DNA of 62,301 nucleotides, filler included, from Nemertoderma westbladi (lineage: Eukaryota; Animalia; Xenacoelomorpha), in assembly GCA_032718475.1 (NCBI GenBank). It is 3 parts of 3 records of this genome, joined end to end, with 100 filler letters (N's around TTAATTAATTAA, not from the genome) between each part and the next. Parts side by side here need not be neighbours in the genome. Positions count along the whole stretch, not along the records: positions 22,894 to 52,495 come from JAUCBJ010004436.1; 2 more parts are not named here. One strand, given 5' to 3'. The notes under the pieces are model-generated. The model made no database searches. It was not told the DNA's origin and was given only the letters and a program-made list of their open reading frames with translations. Positions 23,602-36,410 of this stretch are shown here, piece after piece. Within the stretch, counting starts at the first letter, position 1, and each line of letters starts with the position of its first letter. Made by a program: the position numbers and the translations under genes.

Positions 23602-25492
23602 TTGAGGTCGGCAGACCAGTCGGCGTTCCCTATGAGGTCGGCAGACCAGTCGGCGTTCCCTATGAGGTCGGCAGACCAGTCGGCGTTCCCTATGAGGTTG
23701 GCAGACAAGTCGGCGTTCCCTATGAGGTCAGCAGACCAGTCGGCGTTCCCTATGAGGTCAGCAGACCAGTCGGCGTTCCCTATGAGGTCGGCAGACCAGT
23801 CGGCGTTCCCTATGAGGTCGGCAGACCAGTCGGCGTTCCCTATGAGGTCGGCAGACAAGTCGGCGTTCCCTATGAGGTCGGCAGACCAGTCGGCGTTCCC
23901 TATGAGGTCAGCAGACCAGTCGGCGTTCCCTATGAGGTGGGCAGACAAGTCGGCGTTCCCTATGAGGTCAGCAGACCAGTCGGCGTTCCCTATGAGGTCG
24001 GCAGACCAGTCGGCGTTCCCTATGAGGTCGGCAGACCAGTCGGCGTTCCCTATGAGCTCGGTAGACCAGTCGGCGTTCCCTATGAGCTCGACAGACCAGT
24101 CGGCGTTCCCTATGAGGTCGACAGACCAGTCGGCGTTCCCTATGAGGTCGGCAGACAAGTCGGTGTTCCCTATGAGGTCAGCAGACCAGTCGGCGTTCCC
24201 TATGAGCTCGGTAGACCAGTCGGTGTTCCCTATGAGGTCGGCAGACCAGTTGGCCTTCCCTATGAGGTCGGCAGACCAGACGGCGTTCCCTATGAGGTCG
24301 GCAGACAAGTCGGCGTTCCCTATGAGGTCGGCAGACCAGTCGGCGTTCCCTATGAGGTCGGCAGACCAGTCGGCGTTCCCTATGAGATCGGCAGACCAGT
24401 CGGCGTTCCCTATGAGGTCGGCAGACCAGTCGGATTTCCCTATGAGCTCGGCAGACCAGTCGGCGTTCCCTATGAGGTCGGCAGACAAGTCGCGTTCACT
24501 ATGAGCTCGGCAGACCAGTCGGCGTTCCCTATGAGCTCGGCAGACCAGTCGGCGTTCCCTATGAGGTCGGCAGACAAGTCGCGTTCACTATGAGCTCGGC
24601 AGACCAGTCGGCGTTCCCTATGAGCTCGGCAGACCAGTCGGCGTTCCCTATGAGGTCGACAGACCAGTCGGCGTTCCCTATGAGGTCGGCAGACAAGTCG
24701 GTGTTCCCTATGAGGTCAGCAGACCAGTCGGCGTTCCCTATGAGCTCGGTAGACCAGTCGGTGTTCCCTATGAGGTCGGCAGACCAGTTGGCCTTCCCTA
24801 TGAGGTCGGCAGACCAGACGGCGTTCCCTATGAGGTCGGCAGACAAGTCGGCGTTCCCTATGAGGTCGGCAGACCAGTCGGCGTTCCCTATGAGGTCGGC
24901 AGACCAGTCGGCGTTCCCTATGAGATCGGCAGACCAGTCGGCGTTCCCTATGAGGTCGGCAGACAAGTCGGCGTTCCCTATGAGGTCGGCAGACCAGTCG
25001 GCGTTCCCTATGAGGTCGGCAGACAAGTCGGCGTTCCCTATGAGGTCGGCAGACCAGTCGGCGTTCCCTATGAGCTCGACAGACCAGTCGGCGTTCCCTA
25101 TGAGGTCGGCAGACAAGTCGGCGTTCCCTATGAGGTCGGCAGACCAGTCGGCGTTCCCTATGAGGTCGGCAGACCAGTCGGCGTTCCCTATGAGGTTGGC
25201 AGACAAGTCGGCGTTCCCTATGAGCTCGGCAGACCAGTCGGCGTTCCCTATGAGGTCGGCAGACCAGTCGGCTTTCCCTATGAGGTCGGCAGACAAGTTG
25301 GCGTTCCCTATGAGGTCGGCAGACCAGTCGGATTTCCCTATGAGCTCGGCAGACCAGTCGGCGTTCCCTATGAGGTCGGCAGACAAGTCGCGTTCACTAT
25401 GAGCTCGGCAGACCAGTCGGCGTTCCCTATGAGCTCGGCAGACCAGTCGGCGTTCCCTATGAGGTCGGCAGACAAGTCGGCTTTCCCTATGC
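23602..25492. repeat. 30-bp minisatellite (~63 copies)
   Basis: (TGAGGTCGGCAGACCAGTCGGCGTTCCCTA)n, with three 29-bp variant units that shift the frame. Confidence 0.97.
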
Positions 25493-26010
25493 GAATTAGG
25501 ATATCTCTCTGAACCCATGATCTAAGGCAGCAGAAGTCATTCACATGAATTATGGTGAAATCACAGGGATTGGATATCAAGTGTAAATTCATCATCGATC
25601 TTAGCATTATCATAGGTCGACTACTCTATGATTTCAACTAATTAATGCTGGTTGCGAGCGGGAACCAGTTTCACTGTAGCAATCACATTAACATAAATAT
25701 AGTAGAAAATATTTCCTATTATAATTTTTTAATGCATACGTAATTTAACAAGATTTCCGGTTGACTGTGATGGATTCGCCATCCGTATACTGTATAAGGC
25801 TGCATTACGTGAATGCGCATGAAGGCCTTATACACTGAACTGTACATATAGCAGCAGGAAACCCTACTGACTGACAATTCCTAAGAATTCTGTAATAATT
25901 AATTAATGACATTTCGCATTTTGTTGATATGGTATTGTGGGGCGAGCCACGAAGTTGGCGGAGCCTTAGCGAATTGACACTGTTAGGGGGTGGGTCAATT
26001 TATGCAAATA

Positions 26011-26028
26011 GTTGTCGTCGTCGTCGTT

Positions 26029-26091
<63 letters not shown>

Positions 26092-26095
26092 GTCG
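26011..26095. repeat. (GTC)n microsatellite
   Basis: Near-perfect GTC run. Confidence 0.97.
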
Positions 26096-27100
26096 TTACG
26101 ATTTTGACATGCTAATAACTTTGTCGGATTTAAAGCTGCCAAGTTGAAAATTTGTAAGTATCAATATGAGCAAAATTTGAGATTTTTGAGAGACTTTCAG
26201 ACACCATCAGTGCAATGGACTCCCGCTAGAGGGCCACATGTCTAAACATTAAATGCCCTCCCATTTCTTTGCTTTTAATCCGTTTAAGCTGAAACTTGGC
26301 AGATATGTATTAGACCATTAGCTGTGACTTTCAAAGGAGGCGAATCCATCTGCAGTTCTCCAGTCTGCCGCTAGAGGGCCAAAGGTCTGAAAGTGAAATC
26401 GTTGTCGTCGTTACGATTTTGACATGCTAATAACTTTGTCGGATTTAAAGCTGCCAAGTTGAAAATTTGTAGGTATCAATATGAGCTAAAGTTGAGATTT
26501 TTGAGAGACTTTCAGACACCATCAGTGCAATGGTCTCCCGCTAGAGGGCCACATGTCTAAACATTAAATGCCCTCCCATTTCTTTGCTTTTAATCCGTTT
26601 AAGCTGAAACTTGGCAGATATGTATTAGACCATTAGCTGTGACTTTCAAAGGAGGCGAATCCATCTGCAGTTCTCCAGTCTGCCGCTAGAGGGCCAAAGG
26701 TCTGAAAGTGAAATCGTTGTTGTCGTTACGATTTTGACATGCTAATAACTTTGTCGGATTTAAAGCTGCCAAGTTGAAAATTTGTAGGTATCAATATGAG
26801 CAAAAGTTGAGATTTTTGAGAGACTTTCAGACACCATCAGTGCAATGGTCTCCCGCTAGAGGGCCACATGTCTAAACATTAAATGCCCTCCCATTTCTTT
26901 GCTTTTAATCCGTTTAAGCTGAAACTTGGCAGATATGTATTAGACCATTAGCTGTGACTTTCAAAGGAGGCGAATCCATCTGCAGTTCTCCAGTCTGCCG
27001 CTAGAGGGCCAAATGTCTGAAAGTGAAATCGTTGTCGTCGTTATGATATTGACATGCTTATAACTTTGTCGAATTTAAAGCTGCCAAGTTGAAAATTTGT
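26086..27100. repeat. 315-bp tandem repeat (3.2 copies)
   Basis: GTCGTTA(C/T)GAT..TTGACATGCT recurs at ~26086, 26401, 26716, 27031. Confidence 0.95.
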
Positions 27101-29611
27101 TTTGTTGAAAATCAGTTCAACAGTCACCCGCTATAGGACTACTTTATGCCTGAAAGTGAATAGATTCTCCCGTCTCATTGATTTTAATCAGTTTAAGCTG
27201 AATCTTGCCATATATTCTGGACCACATGCTGCATCTTTGTGGGGGGGGGGGGGGGGGGGGAGATTTAATCGGTCTGCCGCTATACGACGAAATTTCTGAA
27301 AGTGAGATCCATCTCTCATTTCGTTATCCGTTATTCAAGATGAAACTTGGCCGATGTACGTATGTACTATTCATCCATAGGCTGTGTCTTTGTGGGGCTG
27401 GAGACCCTAATCCATCTTCAGTTCTCACTATACCGCTAGAGTCAGAAATGTCTGAATAGAAATGAAAGAGGTAAAAAGTGATTAGGCGAAATCAGCTTAA
27501 AATTTGCTAATACAGTAATACTTTCGAATTAGTACTTAAATTAAATTTAAGTCACGTGCTGCGCGAAGGCCCCACTTCGTGTATTATTATGTATAGTATA
27601 CTTGGTATACTATACTATACCAAGTATATATACTTGGTATACACTATGATGTAGTTTAGAGTGAAGACAAAATTCAATTCTCAGTACATGTCTGTTGCGC
27701 TTGATAAGCCTGGGTGTGGCATGTCAAAGTTGTAATTATGTCTGGAAATTGGGCTCTTTAGGGGGCATTTGTGCGGAAAAAAAAAAGTAAATTACAATAC
27801 TTGTGAATGATCACTATGTTTCTTGTATACCTAAAGCAAATACAAAAGATTGACGCGTAAGTTTCTGTGGTATTGCCAATATTGACTATTTGCTACATAT
27901 TTTCTATAATTGAAAGTAAATGTTATAATTTTAATTTAATGTTATATAAATTTGGAAACATTCCAGAATGTAAAAGTCCTGAAAGGTTTAATAACATTAA
28001 ATTATTAATTTTTTATTGAATTATCAGTCATCAAAATTTATACGGAAAAAACAGAATATAAATGTAATTCCTGAAGAGTAACTTTGCAATAATAAATGGG
28101 GTTCATTTATAAATACATAGAGAGGTTATTAGTATACTAATATCAGAATTTATATCAGTATATTAATAAGAACTAATGACTTTAATAAAGTACTTTATAG
28201 TACTTCATACGTATACAAATATATTATAAGTGCAATAAATATTATTGGAAAAATAAACAAACTAAAACAGTAAACTAGTATTAATTAATAATTGATGCTA
28301 TGCGTAATTGTTCATTATAATTCAAATATTTCTTCAATGAAATTCAGTAAAGTCAGGTCAGAATCCCCAGATCATGTTACCACTATGACAGTAATGTGGT
28401 ACTAACTGTAGCTTTCAGCCCAGAAGGGGAGCTCTTCAGTACCATAGCAGCCTATTCATCAATTAGTTTATCAGGGTGGGTAAGCCCAGTCAACTAAAGA
28501 GGATACAATGACTAGTGTACCATTGAAAGCAAAGGCTTTGGGTATGCATCTACGCAATAGTAATACACGCCTCTCTGTCTATACCGGATACTCCTCTATT
28601 AGTGTTGGTAACTTTATATGGTCACTATGTGACTCCCCCCCATTCCTTTTAACAACTTTTAACCTTCATTCAACTTTTAATGTACAATTATAGTAACAAT
28701 AATTCTATATGCATTATTAATTTATAGTCTATCAAATATAGAAATCCATTTTACGCCGACAGGTGTTGTGTTAATTTCTTTAATAAAAATTTGTATGTAC
28801 TAGAAATTTTCTAATTAAATGTCACTAAATTAAGCCGCGTTGACTTCCCGGCTGCATCCACCTTGTCATCTATCTATCATTGATATTGATTATGTATGAA
28901 GCCTCTACTCACAGTTGCTCGCTGTGTGCGTTAGCTAAATAATTACAGCTCAGGTTATAAACTAGCACTTGGCTATATCATCAATACCTTGTATGACACG
29001 TTAACCTTTGAAGGTTTCTGGAGTTAATGGAAGCTGAAGTCAGAATAACAAACAAGATGAGCAGAGTATTATGCATTAAATATATCGCAGCTCAGTGGTG
29101 TCGGTACTTAATAATTTAGGGTTACGTTTTTATCCAAATGTATTGATCAGTTACACTAATGATAGTCATTATATTTTACTTACATTTATTAACTAGCTAT
29201 AAAGTTCGTGGCCCGATAAATCTGATTTTGTGTTGGTTGATATGTAAGTGCCACTGTTTGAGTGCCTGTGTGTTGGTGCGGAAATATAAGCAATGATTTG
29301 TTAATTACGGTATATATATATATACTAGAGTCAATCGGTTAACATTCCACCACCATGCATATGATTCACTACTATAACTGTACAGTCAGCCAGTTTAGTC
29401 TAATTACTCTACTCAGCATTTCATCGATATAAATAATATTATTTCTCTGGCTGGCAGAATATTTCCGCATATATGTCTGCCATGAACCAGCCAGGATCTG
29501 GACTTCACACTATGCAGCAAGAATGGGACCTTTTCCAGCAGTAGATGAACCTATGCTGTTCTATGTCAGTTATTGCTGTGCTCTTACTGTTCAAGATATC
29601 GATTATAACAG

Positions 29612-30247
29612 AATACAAGGAACCAGCTACTACAACACTCATAAACACTGGCAACTGTAATACAAGGAACCAGCTACCACAACACTCATGAACACTGGCA
29701 ACTGTAATACAAGGAACCAGCTACCACAATACTCATGAACACTGGCAACTGTAATACAAGGAACCAGCTACCACAACACTCATAAACACTGGCAACTGTA
29801 ATACAAGGAACCAGCTACCACAACACTCATAAACACTGGCAACTCTAATACAAGGAACCAGCTACCACAACACTCATGAACACTGACAACTGTAATACAA
29901 GGAACCAGCTACCACAACACTCATGAACACTGGCAACTCTAATACAAGGAACCAGCTACCACAACACTCATGAACACTGGCAACTGTAATACAAGGAACC
30001 AGCTACCACAACACTCATGAACACTGGCAACTGTAATACAAGGAACCAGCTACCACAACACTCATGAACACTGGCAACTGTAATACAAGGAACCAGCTAC
30101 CACAACACTCATGAACACTGGCAACTGTAATACAAGGAACCAGCTACTACAACACCCATAAACACTGACAACTGTAATACAAGGAACCAGCTACCACAAC
30201 ACTCATGAACACTGGCAACTGTAATACAAGGAACCAGCTACCACAAC
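29612..30247. repeat. 47-bp minisatellite (~13 copies)
   Basis: (AATACAAGGAACCAGCTACCACAACACTCATGAACACTGGCAACTGT)n. Confidence 0.97.
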
Positions 30248-31637
30248 TAGATGTACATGTTATAATGATTTAATGGTTATATAGATGTACATGTTATAAT
30301 GATTTAATGGTTATATAGATGTACATGTTATAATGATTTAATGGTTATATAGATGTACTTGTTATAATGATTTAATGGTTATATAGATGTCCTTGTTATA
30401 ATGATTTAATGGTTATATAGATGTACATGTTATAATGATTTAATGGTTATATAGATGTCCTTGTTATAAAGATTTAATGGTTATATAGATATACTTGTTA
30501 TAATGATTTAATGGTTATATAGATGTACATGTTATAATAATTTAATGGTTATATAGATGTACATGTTATAATGATTTAATGGTTATATATATGTACTTGT
30601 TATAATGATTTAATGGTTATATAGATGTCCTTGTTATAATGCTTTAATGATTATATAGATGTACTTGTTATAATGATTTAATGGTTATATAGATGTACTT
30701 GTTATAATGATTTAATGGTTATATAGATGTACTTGTTATAATGCTTTAATGATTATATAGATGTACTTGTTATAATGATTTAATGGTTATATAGATGTAC
30801 ATGTTATAATGATTTAATGGTTATATAGATGTACATGTTATAATGATTTAATGGTTATATAGATGTACATGTTATAATGATTTAATGGTTATATAGATGT
30901 ACATGTTATAATGATTTAATGGTTATATAGATGTACTTGTTATAATGATTTAATGGTTATATAGATGTCCTTGTTATAATGATTTAATGGTTATATAGAT
31001 GTACATGTTATAATGATTTAATGGTTATATAGATGTCCTTGTTATAATGATTTAATGGTTATATAGATGTACTTGTTATAATGATTTAATGGTTATATAG
31101 ATGTACATGTTATAATAATTTAATGGTTATATAGATGTACATGTTATAATGATTTAATGGTTATATATATGTACTTGTTATAATGATTTAATGGTTATAT
31201 AGATGTCCTTGTTATAATGATTTAATGGTTATATAGATGTACTTGTTATAATGATTTAATGGTTATATAGATATACTTGTTATAATGATTTAATGGTTAT
31301 ATAGATGTACATGTTATAATGATTTAATGGTTATATAGATGTACTTGTTATAATGATTTAATGGTTATATAGATGTCCTTGTTATAATGATTTAATGGTT
31401 ATATAGATGTCCTTGTTATAATGATTTAATGGTTATATAGATGTACTTGTTATAATGATTTAATGGTTATATAGATGTACATGTTATAATGATTTAATGG
31501 TTATATAGATGTACTTGTTATAATGATTTAATGGTTATATAGATGTCCTTGTTATAATGATTTAATGGTTATATAGATGTACTTGTTATAATGATTTACT
31601 GATTATATAGATGTTACACTAGTTATAATGATTTAAT
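30248..31637. repeat. 34-bp minisatellite (~41 copies), directly abutting the 47-bp array
   Basis: (TAGATGTAC(A/T)TGTTATAATGATTTAATGGTTATA)n. Confidence 0.97.
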
Positions 31638-32659
31638 ATTGTCATGCAAAAAGGAGTTGCAATATACCAGATCAGGTTACAAGATGGTGTACATTAACAA
31701 TAACATGCCGTCAGTGGATACTTCTTCTAAAAAATATGTGGCTAACGCTTTACATATAATAGAGGCTAGTGGTTAGTTATATGCAGCTCTTGGTTATATT
31801 ACCATAATGAAATTTAATAACAGGATGTTGCTGGGTTCTTCTAATTAATGTTGCTTGCCAGATCGGAGAGAAATAATTGTCCTTGTGATCCTTCTAGAAG
31901 CCGGATGGCGAAATATGAGCTGGATAACTCAAGGACAAGTGAGGTTATTACGTCGACCGAGGTATAAATAATATTACTCGCATCAGCAAAGTGATCACAT
32001 CCTGTATGCATGAGGCATATTACTCGGTTACTATAAAGACGTAATCATATTAAGTAATTTAGTTTGTAAAATTAAGAAGCACTGAAATGTCATCATCGAA
32101 CTCATATTTCAGCCTCAAGTAATTTTGTTACTAGAATACATTCACACATAATTTGGCCGTCAGTCACCCATTAGGTATGTGACATACACAGTATGCACTG
32201 ATGCTAAGTGTTCATGTATGTGTCCCAAAGTGCTCATCTTCCTTTATACCTTATTTACCAACTTAGTATGTGTCCATGTATTATTATTGTTGTTAAATTT
32301 GTATTATTGTTAAACCAATTATATGTATATATGTATAATTGTTTATATTAAGTTTGTGTTATTGGTAAATATAGGGTAAAAACAACAGACAACTAACCAA
32401 AGTTGTTTGATATTAAAAATTATAGGACTATTATTCGATAAAAAAAATATAAGTGGAAAACACTGCTTTTTCACTAATTTTCAGTTAAATTCAACTGTTC
32501 TGTCCGAGTGGATGAGTTTTACATGAATTGGCAAGTTTTTAGCATGAGTGAAGCACTCAGTCAATCGATCAACATATTTTTTAATCTGCTGTTATAACTC
32601 ACATCCATGTGTAAAAATAGGTACAATATTCCTACAGTCAGTAAGTTATTAGTTTATTA

Positions 32660-34950
32660 TAGAAAGATAGATAGATTTATTTATATATTATGCAAACAAG
32701 AGAAACCAATATATTAACTCGATAAAATTATTAATGTATAGTAAGTATTGTCCAAAATAACATAAAGGATAACCCCTAAAGCTTTGCAGCTTATTTCCAA
32801 GGGGGTCCTTCATGTTACTTGGTTACCAATACAAACTAAACTAACTACTGTATATAGAATAATTATATATAATTTAAGCTAAATAAGATACAAGAAATAC
32901 AAAATTGATCATTATTACTAATTATTGTACATGCACCTATTTAATATTGAACTAAACTAAATACTGCTATATAAGAATTTGCACTGGTCTTGGAGATGGG
33001 ATTTTACTGCAGACTTAAAGGCATGTTCATTTTTAATATTTTTAATGTTATTCGGTAAGGAATTCCAATTCTTTATTCCGTTAAAGAAAAAGGTTTCGCT
33101 TTCAGAGGATTTACAATTGGGAATATAGAAATTTGATGTGCTGGCTCTGGTCCGTAGGAATGTGTATCACTCAGTTTGGTAAATTTTTGACTCAAGTATT
33201 TAGGGCAGTTATCATTAAAAACTTTATGTACATGGTTGAGCCGAAGCTGCTTTACTCTGCTGTCTATTTTAATTAAACCAGACTGATTAAAATCTTCAGG
33301 GTTTAAATGGTGACGTGGTTTATAATCATTAATAAAACGTACTACCTTGTTTTGAGCTGTTTGCAACCTATTTTTGAGATTTTTAGTTAAGCCTTCATAC
33401 CAAGATGAACTTGCATAGTCAATATGACATTAAATTAAAGATGAAGAAAGCAACCTACGAGAATTACAATTTAGGCTATTTTTATGTCGATAAAGAAACT
33501 TTAGTCTGCCATTAACTTTTTCAATAATATTTTTAACAATGCTTTCTCCGGATAAACTACAACCCAATTTGGAGCCTAAATATTTAACTTCTTTTTTATT
33601 TTCAATTTTGTGGCCGTTGCTAATTACTTCAAAGTTTTGTAACTTGTATAATTTTCTTTTCGAGCCGAATAAAATATTTTCAGTTTTGCTGTAGTGAATT
33701 GAAAGCTTATTATCGATGAGCCATTCGTTGCAGGATTCTAGAACTTTGCATAGTTTTTCAAAAAATATGTCCGGGTCCCGGTGAGAAAAGATTAATGCAT
33801 TATCATCTGCGTATAATATTAGTTTAAAGTCTGGATCTATGCTATTAATCATATCATTTATGTAACATACAAACATCAACGGCCCTAAGATGCTACCCTG
33901 CGGTACTCCACACTTAAGTTTCTCAACTGAGGACTGAGATTTATTTATATCTACAACTTGACCCCTATCTGATAAGTATGACCTGAACCAATTAATTGAG
34001 CCCACACCCATAAGATCTAATTTTCCTAGTAATATTTTGTGATCAACCGTATCAAAGGCCTTCTGTAAATCTAACATTACCATACCGGTATACAATCCCT
34101 TCGCGTTGTTACACCTAATATTATCCGTAAAATTGATTAGTCAACTATCTGTAGAGTAAGATTTACGGAAGCCAGATTGAAATTCGTATATTAAATTGAG
34201 TTTGTTAAGATGAAACTCTAGCTGAGTGTACACTGAACGTTCTACAATTTTGGATACAATACTTAACACACTAATGGGCCTGTAATTATGTCGATAAGCC
34301 GGCACAGCATTCTTAAAAATGCAGCTGCAATGCAGCATGCCGATCCTAGTAGTAGTAGTAGGGCCTGTAATTACTGGTTTCTAATTTACTGTTCTTTTTA
34401 AATATTGGAACAACCTTAGCCAATTTAAGATCATCCGGGACTACATTTTCTAAAATTGAGTAGTTAATTATGTAAGTAATAGGAATCTTAAGCACTTCCG
34501 CACCATCCTTAAGAAACCTTGCTGGAATCTGGTCCAGTCCGGTACTTTTAGATGACGAAATACTGACAAGATTTTTCAATACATAAGCTTCTGAGACAGG
34601 CTGTAAAAATAACTTTGGAGAATTGTTAACCTTTTCCGAGTAAAACTCGTTAAATATTTCCGAATTTAGACTGTATTTATTTTTAGCAATTGGCAATTTT
34701 TGGACAAGATTCGAGGCTACATTAAAAGAAATAGTTATTGAATAAATTACTTATAATCTTAGGCTCATGAATGAGCTCCCCGTTTTCCTGCAAGACTATA
34801 TTAGATTTTGAATTTGTGCTTTTATACCCTAAAGATTTTAATGTCGTCCAAAGTGATTTTGGATTATCCTTATTTTCATCAATTTTGTTGTACAAAAATT
34901 CGGATTTCACTTTTTTAATTTCACGCTGTACTAAGTTCCTTAACCTACAG
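32660..34950 (-). mobile_element. 5'-truncated CR1/L2-group (Crack/Daphne-like) LINE, RT pseudogene
   Basis: KSTGLDQIPARFLKDGA, NYRPISVL, QSGFRKSYST, LDLQKAFDTVDH, GVPQGSILGP, LYADD, KYLG motifs across frameshifted ORFs; short (TATC)n tail near 32665. Confidence 0.93.
34289..34360 (+). mobile_element. 72-bp RTE 3'-end insertion with 13-bp TSD nested in the CR1/L2 RT
   Basis: TSD GGGCCTGTAATTA at 34276-34288 and 34361-34373; the insert ends GCATGCCGATCC(TAG)4. Confidence 0.95.
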
Positions 34951-34964
34951 TAATTATTAATATA

Positions 34965-36108
34965 TTAACTAGAGACGGGACTAGCGGCCCGTGAAGCAAG
35001 TCGTAGGAGACAGTACGAATCAAGTAAAAGCTTTTTGTTCTATCTGATAATCAATTAGTGTGAGGGTAGTCCCGGTGGTGTACGAAAAATTTTCTAGACA
35101 ACTTCAAACTATAATTATTATGTTGTAATCATCTAATGAATTATAAAAGCTGTTGTGATTATAGAAGATAGAGAGCAGTTAGCGAAATGATTATTATATT
35201 CTATCGGATAGAGTAGTCGGAGTCTCAGAGAGGAGTCGAGGTGTCAATTGATTAATAATAATAACAGCAGTTGTCATGAATTCAATACACAATCGCGCAC
35301 AAGAAGTGATAAGACAAATTCGTTCTTATTTTTGTAATAAATAAAACAAGTTGAGATGTTTCAATGTAAATCGCGATTAACAATTTACACTGTTCAATGT
35401 AAACCACGATATTAATTAAATACAACAATTATATTATTATTATAACAGATTTTTATATTTCAAACAATAATGTTAGCCTTATGGAGAATCATTTTGAGGC
35501 TGAGTAAACATTAAGCCTTATAAGCAGCATACAGCCTCCACAGTATTAATGTTGGCACAAAGATTTCAAAATAAAACCATAATGCGATGAGAGCATAGTA
35601 CAATACACTGTGTAGCCAACACACTGTTTAACTAACAGTCATTTAGCTTGCACGCCAATTAATTAACATAGCAAGGATGCATTGGGAAGAGTTATTCAGC
35701 TGAGACTGTAATAGGCAGCTAAACCAGTTAATGTTTGCTTACTGTCTGGGTTGTAGAGTAGAGTGATAATAAAACTTGGCAGAGAAAGTACTTATTTGTT
35801 AGTTGCCCTTCCTATTGAATACATTACCGGGCCATCTCTATACATTTTTCAAGAGTGCCAGCTGGTGTTTTATCATTGCGCCTATGGCAATTTTCGTGTT
35901 TTGGGGCTATTTTTCGAAATAAAACAAGTTGAGATGTTTCAATTTAAACCGCGATTTCACAAGTACCCTTAGAAATCTATTTTCATGGGCCATGCAAAAT
36001 TTTATCAAAACCGTTAGAGCCGTTTTTGCTCTAGGTCAGTAGTCAGTAGTCAGTAGCCAGTAGCCAGTAGCTTTTTTTCTTACAGTAATCAAGTCTTACG
36101 ACTTGCTA
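34965..36108 (-). mobile_element. HINE/Helentron-like non-autonomous element at the CR1/L2 truncation point
   Basis: Subterminal inverted repeat AGCAAGTCGTA(G/A)GA (~34995) / TCTTACGACTTGCT (~36094); GC-rich hairpin ACGGG..CCCGT at one end; (CAGTAG(T/C))n microsatellite near the other. Confidence 0.55.
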
Positions 36109-36299
36109 ATTATTTACTATTTATACCGTAATTACGTTTTATAAATTGTACTGTGCTGTGCATAGTTAAATATTTGGCGTTGAGTCGGAGTATTGTCTCT
36201 CTCTCGGTTATCTTATACAGAGTGTATTTGCGGTTTATATTGTACTTTTATTTTAGCGTAGTGTATTTGTGTAATATTGTATTTGTAAGCAAGTAGCAT

Positions 36300-36350
36300 A
36301 AAGGACCACCTTGGAAATAAGCTGCAAAGCTTTAAGGGTAATCATCCTAT
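36300..36350 (+). mobile_element. 3'-UTR fragment of the same CR1/L2 family, opposite orientation
   Basis: AAGGACCACCTTGGAAATAAGCTGCAAAGCTTTA matches the reverse complement of 32777-32810. Confidence 0.7.
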
Positions 36351-36410
36351 ACACCATGCCCCAGAATAATAGTGTCGTAATTCAATGACACAACACGACC
36401 CCTAAACCCT

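Larger units (their letters stand above)
22894..25550 (-). mobile_element. Decayed RTE LINE fragment hosting two internally amplified minisatellites
   Basis: Non-repeated parts translate on the minus strand as HVNDFCCLRSWVQRDILIRIGKA and SRI*KSCEISLREKVLLFHAAV*LFYSSPCWALT, colinear with the RTE RT at 9314-9961. Confidence 0.85.
25930..27585 (+). mobile_element. HINE/Helentron-like (DINE-1-type) non-autonomous element with central tandem array
   Basis: Short subterminal inverted motif GTGGGGC (25937) / GCCCCAC (27569); (GTC)n microsatellite; three near-identical 315-bp units plus a decayed one. The 3' block GTGCTGCGCGAAGGCCCCAC recurs inverted at 61741-61760. Confidence 0.65.

Noticed and set aside
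23598-25518. Long ORFs on both strands (ADWSADLIGN / MRSADQSAFP repeats) resembling pentapeptide-repeat or ice-nucleation proteins
   Set aside because: They follow from a stop-free 30-bp unit. Several frames are open at once, 29-bp variants break the frame, and the unit derives from an RTE remnant.
25929-26147. Poly-Arg, protamine-like ORF
   Set aside because: Translation of the (GTC)n microsatellite within a HINE-like element
26086-27100. 315-bp (and 288-bp) tandem units as hammerhead retrozymes
   Set aside because: I found no CTGANGA...GAAA catalytic core on either strand by eye
27590-27645. Perfect short hairpin TATACTTGGTATA..TATACCAAGTATA
   Set aside because: Low-complexity AT-rich local inversion at an element boundary, with no evidence of function
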